64,000 bases of DNA, taken from positions 4,092,001 through 4,156,000 of the forward strand of contig CP089275.1 in assembly GCA_023920165.1 (NCBI GenBank). Reading direction: 5' to 3'. The position numbers were made by a program, and so were the translations under genes. A model generated the notes under the pieces. It was not told the DNA's origin, did no database searches, and saw only the letters and a list, made by a program, of their open reading frames with translations. This DNA is from Curvularia clavata. Its lineage: Eukaryota. The stretch's first letter is position 1. Each line of letters begins with the position of its first letter. Below, piece after piece: positions 26,021 to 39,183 of the stretch.

Positions 26021-27988
26021 ATGACTGATACTCCGAGATCCGAGAGCCAGACAAGGTTCAGCACCCCGGTGTCTGACCTTGACGACCACCGCTTCCAGCC
26101 TCTAAACCTTCCACGCGCCGAAGCCAACTCGCCTCCCCGATCGCGCCGACCGACTTTTGCAAGCGCCCATGGCCAAGACCGCCCCAACCTTCTCCTCCAA
26201 GTCAACCAAGCCCTCGAGGCAGACATCACTCGCCGCGACTTTGAAGAAAGCGCTGTAGTCGACGATGACCAGCACTTGTCACCCGACGCTTACATTCGCC
26301 GCGGTTCGCTAGCCCAGAGCCCTCATGCCCGACGAGACACGTTCCGACGTCCTCGCGACCCCGCCGTTGAGCGCTTGTCTAGGAGCAGGGCCTCGTCTGC
26401 GAGTTCTCGATCCATCTCTCCTCCCAATTCCGTTGACGCTTTTGCTGGACCTCGGCGCCGTGAGCGAGCCAATACTTTGCAGAGCCATGCGGACTCTGAG
26501 GTCGATCTGGCACTGCACAGGACCATGTCCCGCGGCACAGCACGCCGTCCAACCCTCAGTGACGAGCGCCCTGAAGAAATGCTCAATGCAGATGCGGCAT
26601 CGACCCATAGCTCCGCCGAGGAAGATGTGTGCTTTCCCGTCGCAGAGGATAGTGGCAAGACAACCAGGTTCGACTTTGAAGAGTTGGAAGAATTCGTCGC
26701 AGAGGTGCATGAAAAGACACCCATTGCTCAGCCTTTGCGTCACAAGGCGAGTGTAGCATCGCGCCTGTCTGCGAAGCCCAAGGTTTTCTCTGACCTGCGT
26801 CCCAAGTCAAGCCAATCGGCCACTCCCCAGACCCCTGACGACATTGCGAAAATGAAGGATGTCGACCCGGCAATCCAAGAAAAGCTTGCTGAAGAAGGCC
26901 TGTCTCACGTCTTCACTGAGAAGCAGGTGCCAGAGGTCAAGGTCAACCGATGGACTTTCTTCTCGTCTGAGATGGACGACACTATCCATGCAGCCGAATT
27001 GGGAGGACTGCTTATGCCTGGCGAACGCTTCCGTGATCTGTTTGACACTCCATCAGATGGCGGCGTCTGGTGGCTTGATATGGTCAACCCAACAGAAGAG
27101 GAGGTTTTTGCCATTTCCAAGGCGTTTGGAGTCCATCCTCTTACCCGCGAGGATATTTGCATTCAAGAGCCACGCGAGAAGGTAGAGCTGTTCCACCAGT
27201 ACTACTTTGTTTCGTTCCGCTCCTTCTACCAAGTCGACAAGGAGTCTGAGGAGTACTTGGAGCCTGTCAACTTTTACGCGGTTGTGTTCAAAGAGGGCAT
27301 CTTGACCTTTACTTTCTGCGAGAGCCCCCACACGCTCAATGTTCGCAAGCGCATCAGTCGGCTCCGCGACTACATCAACCTCAACGCCGATTGGATCTGC
27401 TACGCCCTCATCGACGACATTGTTGACAGTTTCGCTCCTGTGATCCGGGGCATCGAAGATGAAGCAGACGCTATTGAGGATCAAGTCTTCACTGCTCGCA
27501 TTGAAGATTCGCGCGCTATCCTGCGCTCCATTGGCGACTGCCGCAAGCGTGTGATGCAGCTGCTGCGTCTCTTGGGAGGCAAGGCAGATGTCATCAAGGG
27601 CTTCGCCAAGCGCTGTAACGAATCATATAGCGTGGCGCCCCGCGGCGACGTGGGCATGTATCTCAGCGATATCCAGGACCACGTCGTCACGATGATGTCC
27701 AACTTGGCGCACTTTGAAAAGATGTTGAGCCGTGCACACTCCAACTACCTTGCCCAAATCTCCGTGGACCAAGTCATCCAGGGCAACGATAGCAACGCCA
27801 CGCTCCAAAAGGTGACTGTGATTGCCACGATTCTCGTTCCGCTCAACCTTATCTGCGGTCTGTTCGGTATGAACGTCAAGGTGCCGGGCCAAGACGGGAG
27901 CCTGGCTTGGTTCTTCGGCATCATTGGAGTCATCTGCCTCTTTGTCTCGGTGTGCCTGGCTGTTGCGAGGAGGATGCGATACATCTAG
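26021..27988 (+). CDS. ALR1: CorA-family Mg2+ transporter (Alr1/Mnr2 type), intronless
   Basis: WWLD, FGVHPLTREDI, YALIDDIVDSF, YLSDIQDH, GLFGMNV (GMN signature) and two C-terminal TM helices; Alr1 versus Mnr2 orthology not resolved. Confidence 0.93.
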   Translation: MTDTPRSESQTRFSTPVSDLDDHRFQPLNLPRAEANSPPRSRRPTFASAHGQDRPNLLLQVNQALEADITRRDFEESAVVDDDQHLSPDAYIRRGSLAQSPHARRDTFRRPRDPAVERLSRSRASSASSRSISPPNSVDAFAGPRRRERANTLQSHADSEVDLALHRTMSRGTARRPTLSDERPEEMLNADAASTHSSAEEDVCFPVAEDSGKTTRFDFEELEEFVAEVHEKTPIAQPLRHKASVASRLSAKPKVFSDLRPKSSQSATPQTPDDIAKMKDVDPAIQEKLAEEGLSHVFTEKQVPEVKVNRWTFFSSEMDDTIHAAELGGLLMPGERFRDLFDTPSDGGVWWLDMVNPTEEEVFAISKAFGVHPLTREDICIQEPREKVELFHQYYFVSFRSFYQVDKESEEYLEPVNFYAVVFKEGILTFTFCESPHTLNVRKRISRLRDYINLNADWICYALIDDIVDSFAPVIRGIEDEADAIEDQVFTARIEDSRAILRSIGDCRKRVMQLLRLLGGKADVIKGFAKRCNESYSVAPRGDVGMYLSDIQDHVVTMMSNLAHFEKMLSRAHSNYLAQISVDQVIQGNDSNATLQKVTVIATILVPLNLICGLFGMNVKVPGQDGSLAWFFGIIGVICLFVSVCLAVARRMRYI

Positions 27989-29189
27989 GTTGAGCCGCTG
28001 TCTATATCTTCTTGTTCCTATGTTTCCTAGACACGCACCTACCTGCTTGATCTTTCTGTTTGTATTTTGCTCTTGTTCTTTGTTTTGTTTTGTTTTGGTT
28101 GCAGTGTTCCTTGCGTATACGATGTCACGTGAGCGCTGGTGTAATGGTTGGGTGTTGTCATCCAGCGTGGTTCCTGCATTCAGCATGGGGAGGCCATCTC
28201 CGAGTTTTATGTTAGACAACAATGACGTTTGGCAGTACAAGTACATATGCGAGAGGCGTAGTTTGTAAAAAGAAAAAAGTTTGGTTACAGCTATTCCTAG
28301 TATGTATGCTCTGGTGCATGGCGTTGGCCTGGTGCGGTGTTGGCGTGCGGCTGGATAGCGAATATGGTGTTTGCCAGATCGGGCAGTCAGCCACAGGGCG
28401 CACCGAGGACACGACGGCAAAAGCATGCGCACACTCTCATACTGGGCGGCGGGCATTTGTTGTTTGTTTCAGCGGCCGTAAATAGAGTCGGCAGTGTGGC
28501 AGAAAGCAGCACAGCGCACGTGTTGGCGTGACAGGCGGCCCAGGCACGCTGCAGCCGGGTTTCCAAGGTCGTCAAAGGCGTAGCAGAGAGGGCGCCAGCT
28601 GGTACACTAGGCCGTCACTCGTCGCCCATCACGCGCCGCCGCTCGAGAAAGAGGCGAGCAGGCTCTCGTTCCGTACCATTCCTATTCGTTCCGAACTCGG
28701 AAGGCTCGACGGCGTCTTTGCCATTGTCCACAGGCGGCACATGGACACAGCAACTGGGCCGAGAGGCGCAAAGGACGGTTTAGTGACGTTGGGTTGCAGT
28801 CGGCCACGGTCAGGACGTCTGCTTTCACCGAGGGGCGCCTGCAGGGTCGCAAGCGGTGAATTAGGCTCGTTCCGAAGGGCTGGCCTGGCGCATCCTTGTT
28901 TCGGCGAGAGCATTCCATCATGCACCGCTGAGGCGGACGCTCCCTTAAAGTCCAGCGCCTGACCTTTCCGCCTCCCAGTCCCGATTTCTTTTACTCACCC
29001 ACTCACTTTGCCCTCGCATTCACTCAACCGCTTACGCAAAAACTCTCTCTCTCTCTCGCTGCCTCACCATTCCTCCCCACTACTAGGCCCACCCCCACTC
29101 GACCACGTCGGCGGCGTCAACACTCTTACCCGTACATCTCAACCCAGCCCTACCCGCTTCAGTAACGACCACCACAACTACCAGCCAAC

Positions 29190-30044
29190 ATGGCGGAAAT
29201 GGCGCAGCGAATACTCATGAATGAGTTCAAGCAGTTGAGCAAAGAGAAGTGGACCAACATTGAGGTGAGTCGTGGGTGGCGGCTGCCGAAGAGTCAGCGT
29301 CACAGTGGCAATGCACAAGCGCCGGGCTAACCATGCCACAGCTCATCAACGAAAACGTCTTCGAGTGGAGTGTGGCCCTCATTGTTATGAACGAAGAGTC
29401 TATGTACTATGGCGGCTACTTCAAGGCCAAGATGACATTCCCTCGCAATTACCCGCATAGTCCACCCGGTATGCTCGTCCTTTGTGCTCGAGGCAGTTGC
29501 ACAACCTGACCAAGGTGCTGATGGCATAACATTAGATTTCAAGTTCATTCGGCCCCTCTACCACCCCAACATCTATCCCGACGGCCGCCTCTGCATCTCC
29601 ATCCTCCACCCGCCCGGCGATGACGAAATGTCTGGCGAGACTGCCGCGGAGCGGTGGTCGCCCGTGCAGCGAGTCGAAACAGTCCTCATTTCCATTCTCT
29701 CCCTGCTCGACGACGCCGAAGTCTCTTCTCCTGCCAATGTTGACGCAGGTGTCATGCTGCGCAATAAGCCCGCTGAATACAAGGAAATGGTCAAGAAAGA
29801 TCTGGAACTGTCCAAGCAGGATATCCCCGAGGGCTTCGTCATGCCGACCAACGAAACTGCTTGGAAGAAGGAGAAAGACGAGGGCGATTTTGAAATGAGC
29901 TGGGAGGACAGCGACGCCGAGAGCCTTGATTTTGGCGGCAGCGAGAGCGACTTTGACGAGGATCAGGAGATGGACTCTGACTTTGAGGCCGATGAGGACG
30001 ACGCCGAAGACGAGGACGAGGATGATGCCCCTGCAAAGCGCTAG
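29190..30044 (+). CDS. CDC34: Ubiquitin-conjugating enzyme E2, Cdc34/Ubc15 type with acidic loop and acidic tail; introns 29265-29341, 29469-29535
   Basis: YHPNIYPDGRLCISILHPPGDDEMSGETAAERWSP (catalytic Cys plus acidic insertion), SPANVDA, D/E-rich C-terminus. Confidence 0.88.
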
Positions 30045-30775
30045 GTGTCGGCATTTTGGTTGGATCCAGATCCTTTTCTCCTGCATACCCCCCATGACAC
30101 CATTATGAGGCCATTCAAAGGTGGCTCGTCTTCGTTCATACGACCAACTGGGTCCGGGCAGCCTACGGCCATTGCATCACCAGAGCCATTTCGATTAGGG
30201 CAAGGCGGAGTATGGTCGACAGCTGCGTACTAGTGCATACGCACAGCACTCACTCCTCCCTCTCCCACGTTTGATTCTCCCATCTTTTTCAACATGTTTT
30301 TTCTCAGCGAGGCGTTTGGTATCGGCGTAGGACTGGTGGCGCTTCACTTTCGACGCGTTTACATGCCCAGGATTCGGTCACGGTTCGGAGGGCATTTACA
30401 TTGCATAAGCCGGGAGTTTTCGAGGCATATTTTCATGATACGTGGTTTTTTGCGTTTGGGTTTAGGGTGTGCGGTCTTGTGGCTGCGTTTATCCCCATAT
30501 AGATGATGATGGAGAATTTCAAGTTATTTTCATGTTCACATTCTTTCTCATCTACGGCCAGTAAAACTGAAAAACAAGGGGGACTGCAGTTGTCAAATTT
30601 ACTTATAGTTTAATGTGTTCTACAGGTACTTCGAGAAGCAGAGTCCTGAGAATAATCTTGATTTAGATATTGTACTATATCTGAAGATAGTGATTTTACT
30701 ACGAGGTAAGTTATAGGTCCACCGTTTTCCGGTTTTACCGGTTTTGGAAGAGTTCACATAGTTTGGCGAGCTCAT

Positions 30776-32004
30776 TCACCAGCCAAGGCCCAAGGCGTTT
30801 CTTATCTTCGTCATTGTGCTTTCGGCAATCTGCTCTGCTCTCTGAGCACCCTCCTCAGCATGCTGAATGAGTTCCTTCTGGTCTCCACCCATCAGATCTT
30901 GATACTTTGACCTTACGCCGCTAATGCCCGTATCCACCGTATCCGCCACTTTTTCCTTGAGCGCCCGCATGCTTAGGTCTTTCAAGTCGCTTGCTAGCTC
31001 TTCGGGTGAGGCAGCGCCTGCCGAATCGAAATGATATAACAAGTCTACCAGATTGGACACTCCGGGTCTTTGTTCGCGATCGTAGCTCACGCCCTCGATG
31101 GAATCCGTCAGCGCTGTCTTGATCTTGGCGTGTATCTGCTCCCGCGTGTCGGTGATGAGGATACGGCTCTTGGGCTTTGCATCGCTCTTGCTCATTTTCT
31201 TGGACGGCTCGACTAGGCTCATGACGCGCTTGGCGGGACTCAGCAGCGTTTGTGGGACAGTCAGCAGCGGGTGTGAGGGCGAGGAGTAGACATGGTTGAA
31301 GCCAATGGCTAGTTCCCGTGTGAGTTCGAGGTGTTGGACCTGGTCTTCGCCAACGGGCACATGCGTTGTGTTGTAGAGAAGAATATCGGCGGCTTGGAGG
31401 ACAGGGTAGGAGAAGAGGCCGAGTTTGAGAGCATCCCTGTTGTTGGATGGGTCGAGCGGAGAGGCATCTGAAGGGAGTGACAGTTTGCTCTATGGTTACA
31501 TGGGTCAGTCTGACGGTTGTGTATTTTTTTTTGTTCTTTCCCGCATACCTTCCACTGTGTCATACGGCCCAAATAACCCATACTCGCACCGCAGCTGAGA
31601 ATCCACATGAGTTCGGCATGCTGTTTTACACTGCTCTGCGTGAAGATGATGCATCTCTTTGGGTCCAGGCCTACGGCCAACAGACTTGCCAACATTTCTT
31701 TGCGCCATGCCGCCAATTTCTGCGCATCTTGCTTAATAGTAATTGCATGCAGATCAACAATAGAAAAAAGAAGCGTCGTGTCAGGAGACGCCTCGTCTTG
31801 GAGTTTGACCCATTGTCGCAGTGCGCCGAGATAGTTGCCCAGATGCGGGATGCCTGTCGGTTGAATGCCCGAAAAAATTACCTGCTTCTGACCATTCTGC
31901 TGTACAGGGGACGATGCGAGGGAATAGCTGCGCAGGCAATTGTTACATGGACGTAAAGACGGACGAGCTGCACGATGCAGCGCACGCAGAGAAGACATTG
32001 GCAT
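30776..32004 (-). CDS. MSW1: Mitochondrial tryptophanyl-tRNA synthetase; intron 31548-31490
   Basis: Arg/Ser-rich presequence, FSGIQPTGIPHLGNYLGA, RMTQWK|SK, YPVLQAADIL, VPVGEDQVQHLE, KMSKS. Confidence 0.95.
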
Positions 32005-32285
32005 CGTGCTTCGCACAGATCGGAGCCCAAGACCGAGCGCCGGGCTGGACTGCTCAGCCACGCAGGAAAGCGCGGCCAGGGTGAGGGTGTAGCTTTCGTC
32101 ATTGTGGCACTGCCGCCCGCTCACAACCACCCGCCCGCCAACCACAGGCACTCTGCATCCACCTCTGCCCGACTACATACTCTCCCTCCTCTGCTTGAAT
32201 ATCCCGACAATACCAGCCACACGCCGACTCAACCCTTACCCCCACATCGTATCCCCGGAAAACAGCACTTAGCACCACCCTCATC

Positions 32286-33215
32286 ATGTCTTGGACAGGT
32301 ATTGCAGTCCAACCACGCTCGCTCAGGACCATGGCGGCTTACCAGAAGCAGGGTTCAAGAAGGGCGTCAATCGCGCAACCACCCAGGTCTTGATGAAGAC
32401 GGGCCAGGTCGAACGCACAAATGATCGCGATTTTGAGACAGAGCAGCGGTATGCACCCTCAGCCCGCCCACTTCCGCCTCCCTACGCTCCCCCTCCAGGC
32501 ATCCAGTCAGGAACCTCCCCACTAACGACAACATGACAGCCGCTACCGGACCATGGAAACAGCTGCAAACAAGCTGCAAAAGGAAGCAAAGGGATACCTC
32601 GACTCGCTCCGTGCCATGACAGCCTCACAAATGCGCATTGCCGAAACTATTGACGCCTTCTACGGAGACGCCGGCACCAAGGATGGAGTGTCGCGCTCCT
32701 ACAAGCAAGCCGTTACCGACCTCGACGCCGAGACAATCAAAGCCCTCGATGGCCCCTACCGAACCACAGTACTCGACCCCATCCAGCGATTCTGCTCCTA
32801 CTTCCCCGACATCAACGCTTGCATCACCAAGCGCGAACACAAGCAGATGGACTACGACCGCATGCGCGCCCAAGTCAGGAAGCTGACGGACAAGCCTGAC
32901 AAGGACGTCACTAAGCTCCCGCGCGCTGAAAAGGACGAGCAACTCGCCAAGGCAGCCTACGATCAACTCAACGACACCCTGACAACCGAACTGCCTCAGC
33001 TCATTGACCTGCGAGTACCCTACCTGGACCCAAGTTTCGAGGCTCTGGTTAAGATTCAGCTGAGGTTCTGCGCAGAGGCCTACTCAAGAATGGCACAGGT
33101 GCAGCAGTATCTCGATGCAAACACAAGAGATCAGTATGCTCAGGGTGAGCTAGATGCACGTGTGGAGGAGGTGCTACAGGAGATTCGGGACTTGAGTATC
33201 GCAGGAACGGTTTAA
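32286..33215 (+). CDS. RVS161: BAR-domain amphiphysin Rvs161/Hob3 (3 exons)
   Basis: MSWTG|FKKGVNRATTQVLMKTG, YLDSLRAMTASQ, LPQLIDLRVPYLDPSFEALVKIQLRF. Confidence 0.96.
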
Positions 33216-33435
33216 TTGGGAATGAAAGAAGAAGCCTGATTTAACACTATAGCGTGTGTGATGATCTTCTTGGGGGCGTTGGAAATAATCCGGTTTGCGG
33301 CATTGCTTGGGGTTAAAGAACAGAGCCATGACTTGACAAGGCTTCGTAAGAATATATTTCTCTTATTGACGACTACCCTTGATTCGAATTCTCAAGCACC
33401 AAGTTTACTTTCCTGGGTTTCTGTGCGTTATGAAT

Positions 33436-34424
33436 TTAGGAGTGGCCAGTCCTGAAACCAAACTTGAGCAGATCCTGTCCTTCGACCTCGTCTTTCTTTT
33501 CCAGTAACTCGTCGACATCCCATGTTGCGCACACCAGTCGTCCATTCAGCCACATGCGCTTCTCACGACTTAGCCATACGCAAAAGGCGCCGCAAAGTGT
33601 GACATCGTCTACAAAATCTGCCCAAAGAAAGTCAGCATACATATCGTCACAAGTATTCCTCGTTCGGTACACAAGTCAAGACAAAACTTACGCTCTTTAA
33701 ACTCCGGCGCAAAGTTGTTCGCCATATCCGTATCCACACCCCCAGGATGCACCGCAACCGCCAACAAACCCTCGCTCTTGTATTGTTCTCCCAGAAACTC
33801 TACTAGCCGCGCCTGCGCAAACTTTGACAGGGAATACGCCGTATCCGCTAGAGGGCCATTAACTATACACGACCCCAACGAATTAACCGCAATAAACGTC
33901 TTTGCTCCATCTTGTGCAGAAAGCAATAAAGGAACCAAGTAGTGGGCAACAAGATAAGCCCCCTTGACATTCACATCCATGACATCGCTGAAATCTTGTG
34001 GATCGCCCTCATGCATCTTCAACACCAAAGGGCCAGAGTACCCGGAGTTGAGCACGACAATGTCTAGGCGGGGCGTATGCTGCTGTACGCGTTTGGCTAG
34101 GTCAGCTACGCTTTTTGCGTTCGTAATGTCGACTCCCTCGGTGGATATCGACGCGGAGGGATTTGCGGCCTGGCATTTTTGCGCGACGGAGAGCAAGAAG
34201 TCAGATGACGAGGGGCGCGCGGCGAGGATAATGGAAGAGGCACCGGCTTGCGCGTAGGCCAAGGCTGTGTTTGCACCGATGCCACGAGAGGCCCCCACGA
34301 TGAGGATATTGAGGCCCGGGGTAAGTGGGGCTGCATGTTTGGGGTCTAGAGCCGGGGTGGGCTTATTGTGTGTGGTTTTGGTGAAGTTGCCGGCGAGCGT
34401 GGCGTCGCTGGGGCGGGATGACAT
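33436..34424 (-). CDS. Short-chain dehydrogenase/reductase; intron 33691-33618
   Basis: VGASRGIG Rossmann motif, LNSG, YSLSK (YxxxK), VHPGGVDTDM; last exon LNGRLVCATWDVDEL. Confidence 0.92.
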
Positions 34425-36069
34425 GGCTGCAGTGATTGCTATGGAACTAATAGAATTGTAGTGTCTTTGTGAGAAAAAGAAAAGAGCTTGAATAGGACAG
34501 TCCTTCGGAGAATTTCAACAGCTTTTATATCTTTCCATATCTCCGAGATATCCGGTATGGCCGGAGAAGAGCTGTCTCCGTAGGACGATCTATTAAGATG
34601 AGAACCAGCGGATCTCGTATTGCTCCGAATGCGTCGTCTGGATTCATGGGCTGCAGATTTTGGGTTAGTATTCGTTTCACTTATGGTAATCCTGTAGTTT
34701 AGGGAATATGTTTCTGAGATATAGGAGTTTGGGGATTAGGTGCGAGCTTAACGTGTGACTGTTTGGTCAATTGGTGGATATGTGTATTGGTCAGGTGAGT
34801 AAGAAGACATAGAACCTAATTTTGTGGTTTAGAATTTGATTGGATTTGAGTTTGTCTCAACAACCTCGCATATAGTGAGTTGGCTGCTGTTTTCAGGCCG
34901 CTTCTTAATATCGTTCAGAACTTTTATACGCTAATACTACAAGTATAATCCTCAATCATTGATAAGGAGAATAAAGATTAGTATTCTGATATGTGCACGA
35001 TTTCAATTTATTTTGTTAAAAGCAAGCTCGGTAGGGCTGCCTGGTGCTAATCACGTCTGTATCTTTGACTTACTCTCCCTCTACGAGTGCCTTAAATGCC
35101 GTATGTGCAAACTGCATGGGGGTTATTGCAGCTGCATGTTGTTGTTCACTCTAAGCGCCCCTCGTACGAGCTGAAACACGATTTAATTGGTTCTAAGTAC
35201 ACTACTCTCATTTATCAAGTACTAGAGCAGTTAGAGCAGCTAGAATATCCTGGTGTAACAGCCGTATCCCAGCTGGTGAATCCAGTAGATGCGTCTCGCC
35301 AACAAATCCCGCGGACGAACTAAGTACAGCTAGAGCAGAAGAGCCAGAACAGCTGCCAGCTGCCAAAAGTGCACCCGTCTTCAGCGCTATTTACGGGATT
35401 TCAGTCTTACCCAAAATAATTGAGATAGAATACTGGAGGGCGAGGGCCTCTGGGATCAATTATTGCACAAGCAGGTCGCGAGACTCCACAAGCCCTCCAA
35501 ACTACAACATTGACCATTGAATATACAGATGACAAGTATCACAGCCGACATCTCTTGCCAAGGCTATGCCACATGGTTCTATGGTGGGGTGGTCACTGTG
35601 TACATAGAAGCGAGCAACTCACTCCAGGGATTGATGAGGTGGCGAAATGACGACGTCGCCAAGCGCCCAGCCACACTTCCGCCACGTCCTTCAGTTGAAC
35701 AAGTGATTTAGTTCACCCATATCGCCAAGTGCTCCGCTGCGGCATTGAGCGCCAAGTTCCTAAAGATTGCTCTGGACTTCCATTATTTGCCATCTTCCAC
35801 CACCCAGACTAGCCCAGCATCCGAAGGCCTTGGACGCACGTCATACTGGCATTGCAATACCATCACATCCTCTTGGCTGCGCCGTGATGCACATCATATC
35901 CGGAATTTCCACACGCACTTAGAGTTCCTCGGAGCACCACACCGCTTGGCAAATATCCTACTAGCATCATATATAGATCCTGCTTTGCTCCCCTGTCTAC
36001 AATGTACCTCATCGAATACATACATCGCTCCATACAAATTTCAGAAATACTTTGCGAACGATACTTACC

Positions 36070-37071
36070 ATGCCTACGCACCACCCCGGAACCGCCGTCG
36101 CCCACAGCAAAGGCGACATCGACCTTACCGACGCCCCATGGGCACTCACAACACATCTCCTCGCCATCAACCACCAACAATTGCTCCGTGTCACAAGGCA
36201 CCCCTTCCTAGAACGAGCTGCCAAAGGCACTCTGCCAAAGCCTCTGATAGCACAGTGGCTGGCAAACGATAGACAATATATCGAAGGCTACCTCTCTACA
36301 CTTAAAAACACTCTCAATCTGATCCGAAGTACCTACAAATCGACAAGTACATCAGACGCTGAGCCTGACATTGAAACACGCTTGATAGCATGGCTCGAGG
36401 CTGGCATCCAGAACGGAGAGCGGGAAATTAATTTCTTCCAAGAAGTCGCCGACATCTACAAGATTGATTTCGCTCCATCACCTTTGCAAGAAAACATCAA
36501 ATCGGAAGGTCTTCGTCGTTACGAGGTACTCTTCAACAGCGTCGCATCTCAGCAACCAAACTCATTTCTTCCCTGGCTAGAGGGCGCTATTCTGCTATGG
36601 TCGACCGAGAAGGTCTACTATGAAGCCTGGTCGTGGGCCCGCCGTCAAGATACCCAGGCATCACCTCGAAGTTACGACAACGACATGGACGGAGGCGCTA
36701 TGCGCAGAGAGTTCATTCCCAACTGGTCGAACCGTGACTTTATGATGTTTGTCGAGCAGCTTGAACGTATTATCAACGAGGGCGTGAGTATCGCGGTAGG
36801 TCGCGACGACAAGAAATGGATAGAGGTAAAGAGCAGAGCGGACCCAATATGGAAGGCCCTGCTCGACGCTGAAGAGGCTTTCTGGCCAGATATTCCTGGT
36901 GCTGAAGGGAGTCTGATTGAGCCTGGTGTCCAAAGAGGCCAGGACGGCGATATGAATGCAACTACTATGCGCGGCACTGGAGGTGGTGAGATTTTGAATG
37001 AGCATCAAGGCGTCCGAGCAGGGGACATTGCGGGCATGCGAAACAGCGGACACGGGACAGTGATGACTTAG
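36070..37071 (+). CDS. TenA/THI-4/PQQC (heme-oxygenase-like fold) protein, probably the Cys-less TenA_E type
   Basis: TRHPFLERAAKGTL...QWLANDRQY, LWSTEKVYYEAW, FIPNWS, EEAFWP. Confidence 0.8.
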   Translation: MPTHHPGTAVAHSKGDIDLTDAPWALTTHLLAINHQQLLRVTRHPFLERAAKGTLPKPLIAQWLANDRQYIEGYLSTLKNTLNLIRSTYKSTSTSDAEPDIETRLIAWLEAGIQNGEREINFFQEVADIYKIDFAPSPLQENIKSEGLRRYEVLFNSVASQQPNSFLPWLEGAILLWSTEKVYYEAWSWARRQDTQASPRSYDNDMDGGAMRREFIPNWSNRDFMMFVEQLERIINEGVSIAVGRDDKKWIEVKSRADPIWKALLDAEEAFWPDIPGAEGSLIEPGVQRGQDGDMNATTMRGTGGGEILNEHQGVRAGDIAGMRNSGHGTVMT

Positions 37072-37464
37072 AAGTTGGTTTTTGTAGCATCTTCGGTTTA
37101 GCGAATAGTGATTTTCTTGGATTTGAATGTATAGAATTCCTGTTTCTCAATGCTAGTTGATTCATAGCACTAGACCATTGATGTATCTTCTTAGTTCGAA
37201 TATTTTTGTGTTTAGGCTGAGATTGATTGCACAGCAGTGTTAGATAGATGTGGCTTGTTATAGAACGAAGATGTCTGGTTCGTTCATATTCCAACAGTCT
37301 CGTAATACTCAATAGTTATTGGTTCGGCGCCCAAATCGCTCCCACTAGAACGCTTGTTCGTAGAGGGCTAGGGTCAAGAAAATGAAGGCTTCTCCGCGGC
37401 GGCCCGACATAACTCCGGCGCATGGCCCGTGCATCAAGTAGCTTGGCCTCCGCGAAAATCCACG

Positions 37465-37483
37465 CGAAAAAGTTCGAGATCAG
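37465..37483 (+). promoter_or_regulatory. RRPE-like and PAC-like ribosome-biogenesis motifs upstream of CBF5
   Basis: GCGAAAAAGTTC followed by GAGATCAG about 50 nt upstream of the ATG; imperfect matches. Confidence 0.35.
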
Positions 37484-37526
37484 TGCATTGCCAATTGCAA
37501 CACTACCACTCAACACCACAACCGCC

Positions 37527-39183
37527 ATGGCTCTCGTGCAGACGAATCCCGACGCGTATGTGATCAAGCCGGAGGCGGCTGCGCCTGCCATCGACACGAG
37601 CGAATGGCCTCTGCTGCTCAAGAATTACAGCGACTGTATGCTGCAGCTCCCCATATAGCTCCAGTTTGCTTTGCTAATGCGCATTACAGTGCTTGTTCGC
37701 ACATCGCACTACACTCCCATTCCCAATGGATGTGCGCCCCTTTCGCGAGACCTCAAGTCGTACATTAGCTCTGGTGTCATCAACCTCGACAAGCCTTCCA
37801 ACCCGTCGTCTCACGAAGTCGTGTCTTGGATCAAGCGCATGCTGAGGTAAGGAAAAAACTGTAGTAGCTTGTCGCATGTGCTTTAGCTGACACTGCATAA
37901 AGGGTTGAGAAGACTGGTCACAGTGGTACTCTTGATCCCAAGGTCACCGGTTGTCTTATTGTCTGCATCGACCGCGCCACCCGCCTGGTTAAGTCCCAGC
38001 AGGGAGCCGGAAAAGAGTATGTGTGCGTCATTCGTCTGCACGACAAGCTTCCTGGAGGCGAGGCGCAGTTTGCGCGCGCCCTTGAGACGCTCACCGGAGC
38101 TTTGTTCCAGCGACCTCCGCTCATCTCGGCCGTCAAGCGTCAACTCCGTATCCGAACCATCCACGAGAGCAAGCTTTACGAGTTTGATAATGAGAGGCAG
38201 CTCGGTGTGTTCTGGGTCAGCTGCGAGGCGGGAACCTACATCCGTACTCTCTGCGTGCACCTGGGTCTTTTGCTTGGTGTTGGTGCTCACATGCAGGAGC
38301 TGCGCCGTGTGAGGAGTGGAGCTATGGACGAGACTAAGGACCTTGTCACTCTGCACGACGTTCTTGACGCCCAGTGGTTGTACGACAACAACCGCGACGA
38401 GTCTTACCTGCGTAAGGTCATCTCTCCTCTTGAGAGTCTCTTGATGAGCTACAAGCGTGTTGTTGTCAAGGACAGCTCCGTCAACGCTATCTGCTACGGC
38501 GCTAAGCTTATGTTGCCTGGTCTGCTGCGATTTGAGAAGGGCATTGAGATCCACGAGGAGATTGTTCTCATGACCACCAAGGGTGAGGCCATTGCCCTTG
38601 CCTACGCGCAAATGTCGGCCGTCGAGATGTCCACTTGCGACCACGGTGTTGTTGCTAAGATCAAGCGTGTTATTATGGAGCGCGACCTGTACCCCAGGAG
38701 GTGGGGAATGGGCCCAATCGCCACTGAGAAGAAGAAGATGAAGGAAGCAGGCACTCTTGACGTAAGATATCACTATCCTAATCTCAAGATTCAGGCTAAC
38801 GAACCCAGAAATTCGGTCGTCCCAACGATAAGACTCCAGCCAAGTGGAACGCTGAGTACAAGGACTTCAACAGGACCGACGTTGACGGCACTTCTGCACC
38901 GCTGGCTCAAACCACATCTACTTCTGAAGTTCTTGCTGCTCCCCCAGTCCCACCAACTGGACTCAGCCCAACTGAGGAAGCCGAGGCTGAGGCCGAGACC
39001 AACGCTGCTGTTGACGACGAGAAGAAGAGCAAGAAGCGCAAGAGCCGAGGTGATGCCGAAGAGGAGGTTGACGAGGACAAGGCTGAACGTAAGCGCAAGA
39101 AGAAGGAGGAGAAGGCTGCGAAGAAGGCCGCCAAGAAGGAAAAGAGGAAGAGCAAGGGCGGCGATGACAGCGATTCCGACTAA
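37527..39183 (+). CDS. CBF5: H/ACA snoRNP pseudouridine synthase Cbf5/dyskerin; introns 37636-37689, 37847-37902, 38762-38808
   Basis: [41 protein letters not shown] domain, K/E-rich tail. Confidence 0.97.

Noticed and set aside
32005..32151. In-frame non-ATG extension upstream of MSW1
   Set aside because: Lies in the shared promoter with RVS161; ATG 32004 already gives a plausible mitochondrial presequence
35221..35365. Short TAGAGCAG and CAGCTGC repeats
   Set aside because: Too short and irregular to assign
35500..36070. TPP riboswitch upstream of the TenA-like gene
   Set aside because: Could not find the CUGAGA and CUUGAU-type core motifs or a leader intron by eye; an Infernal search with the TPP model would settle it
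37883..38773. 296-aa - strand ORF
   Set aside because: Antisense shadow of CBF5
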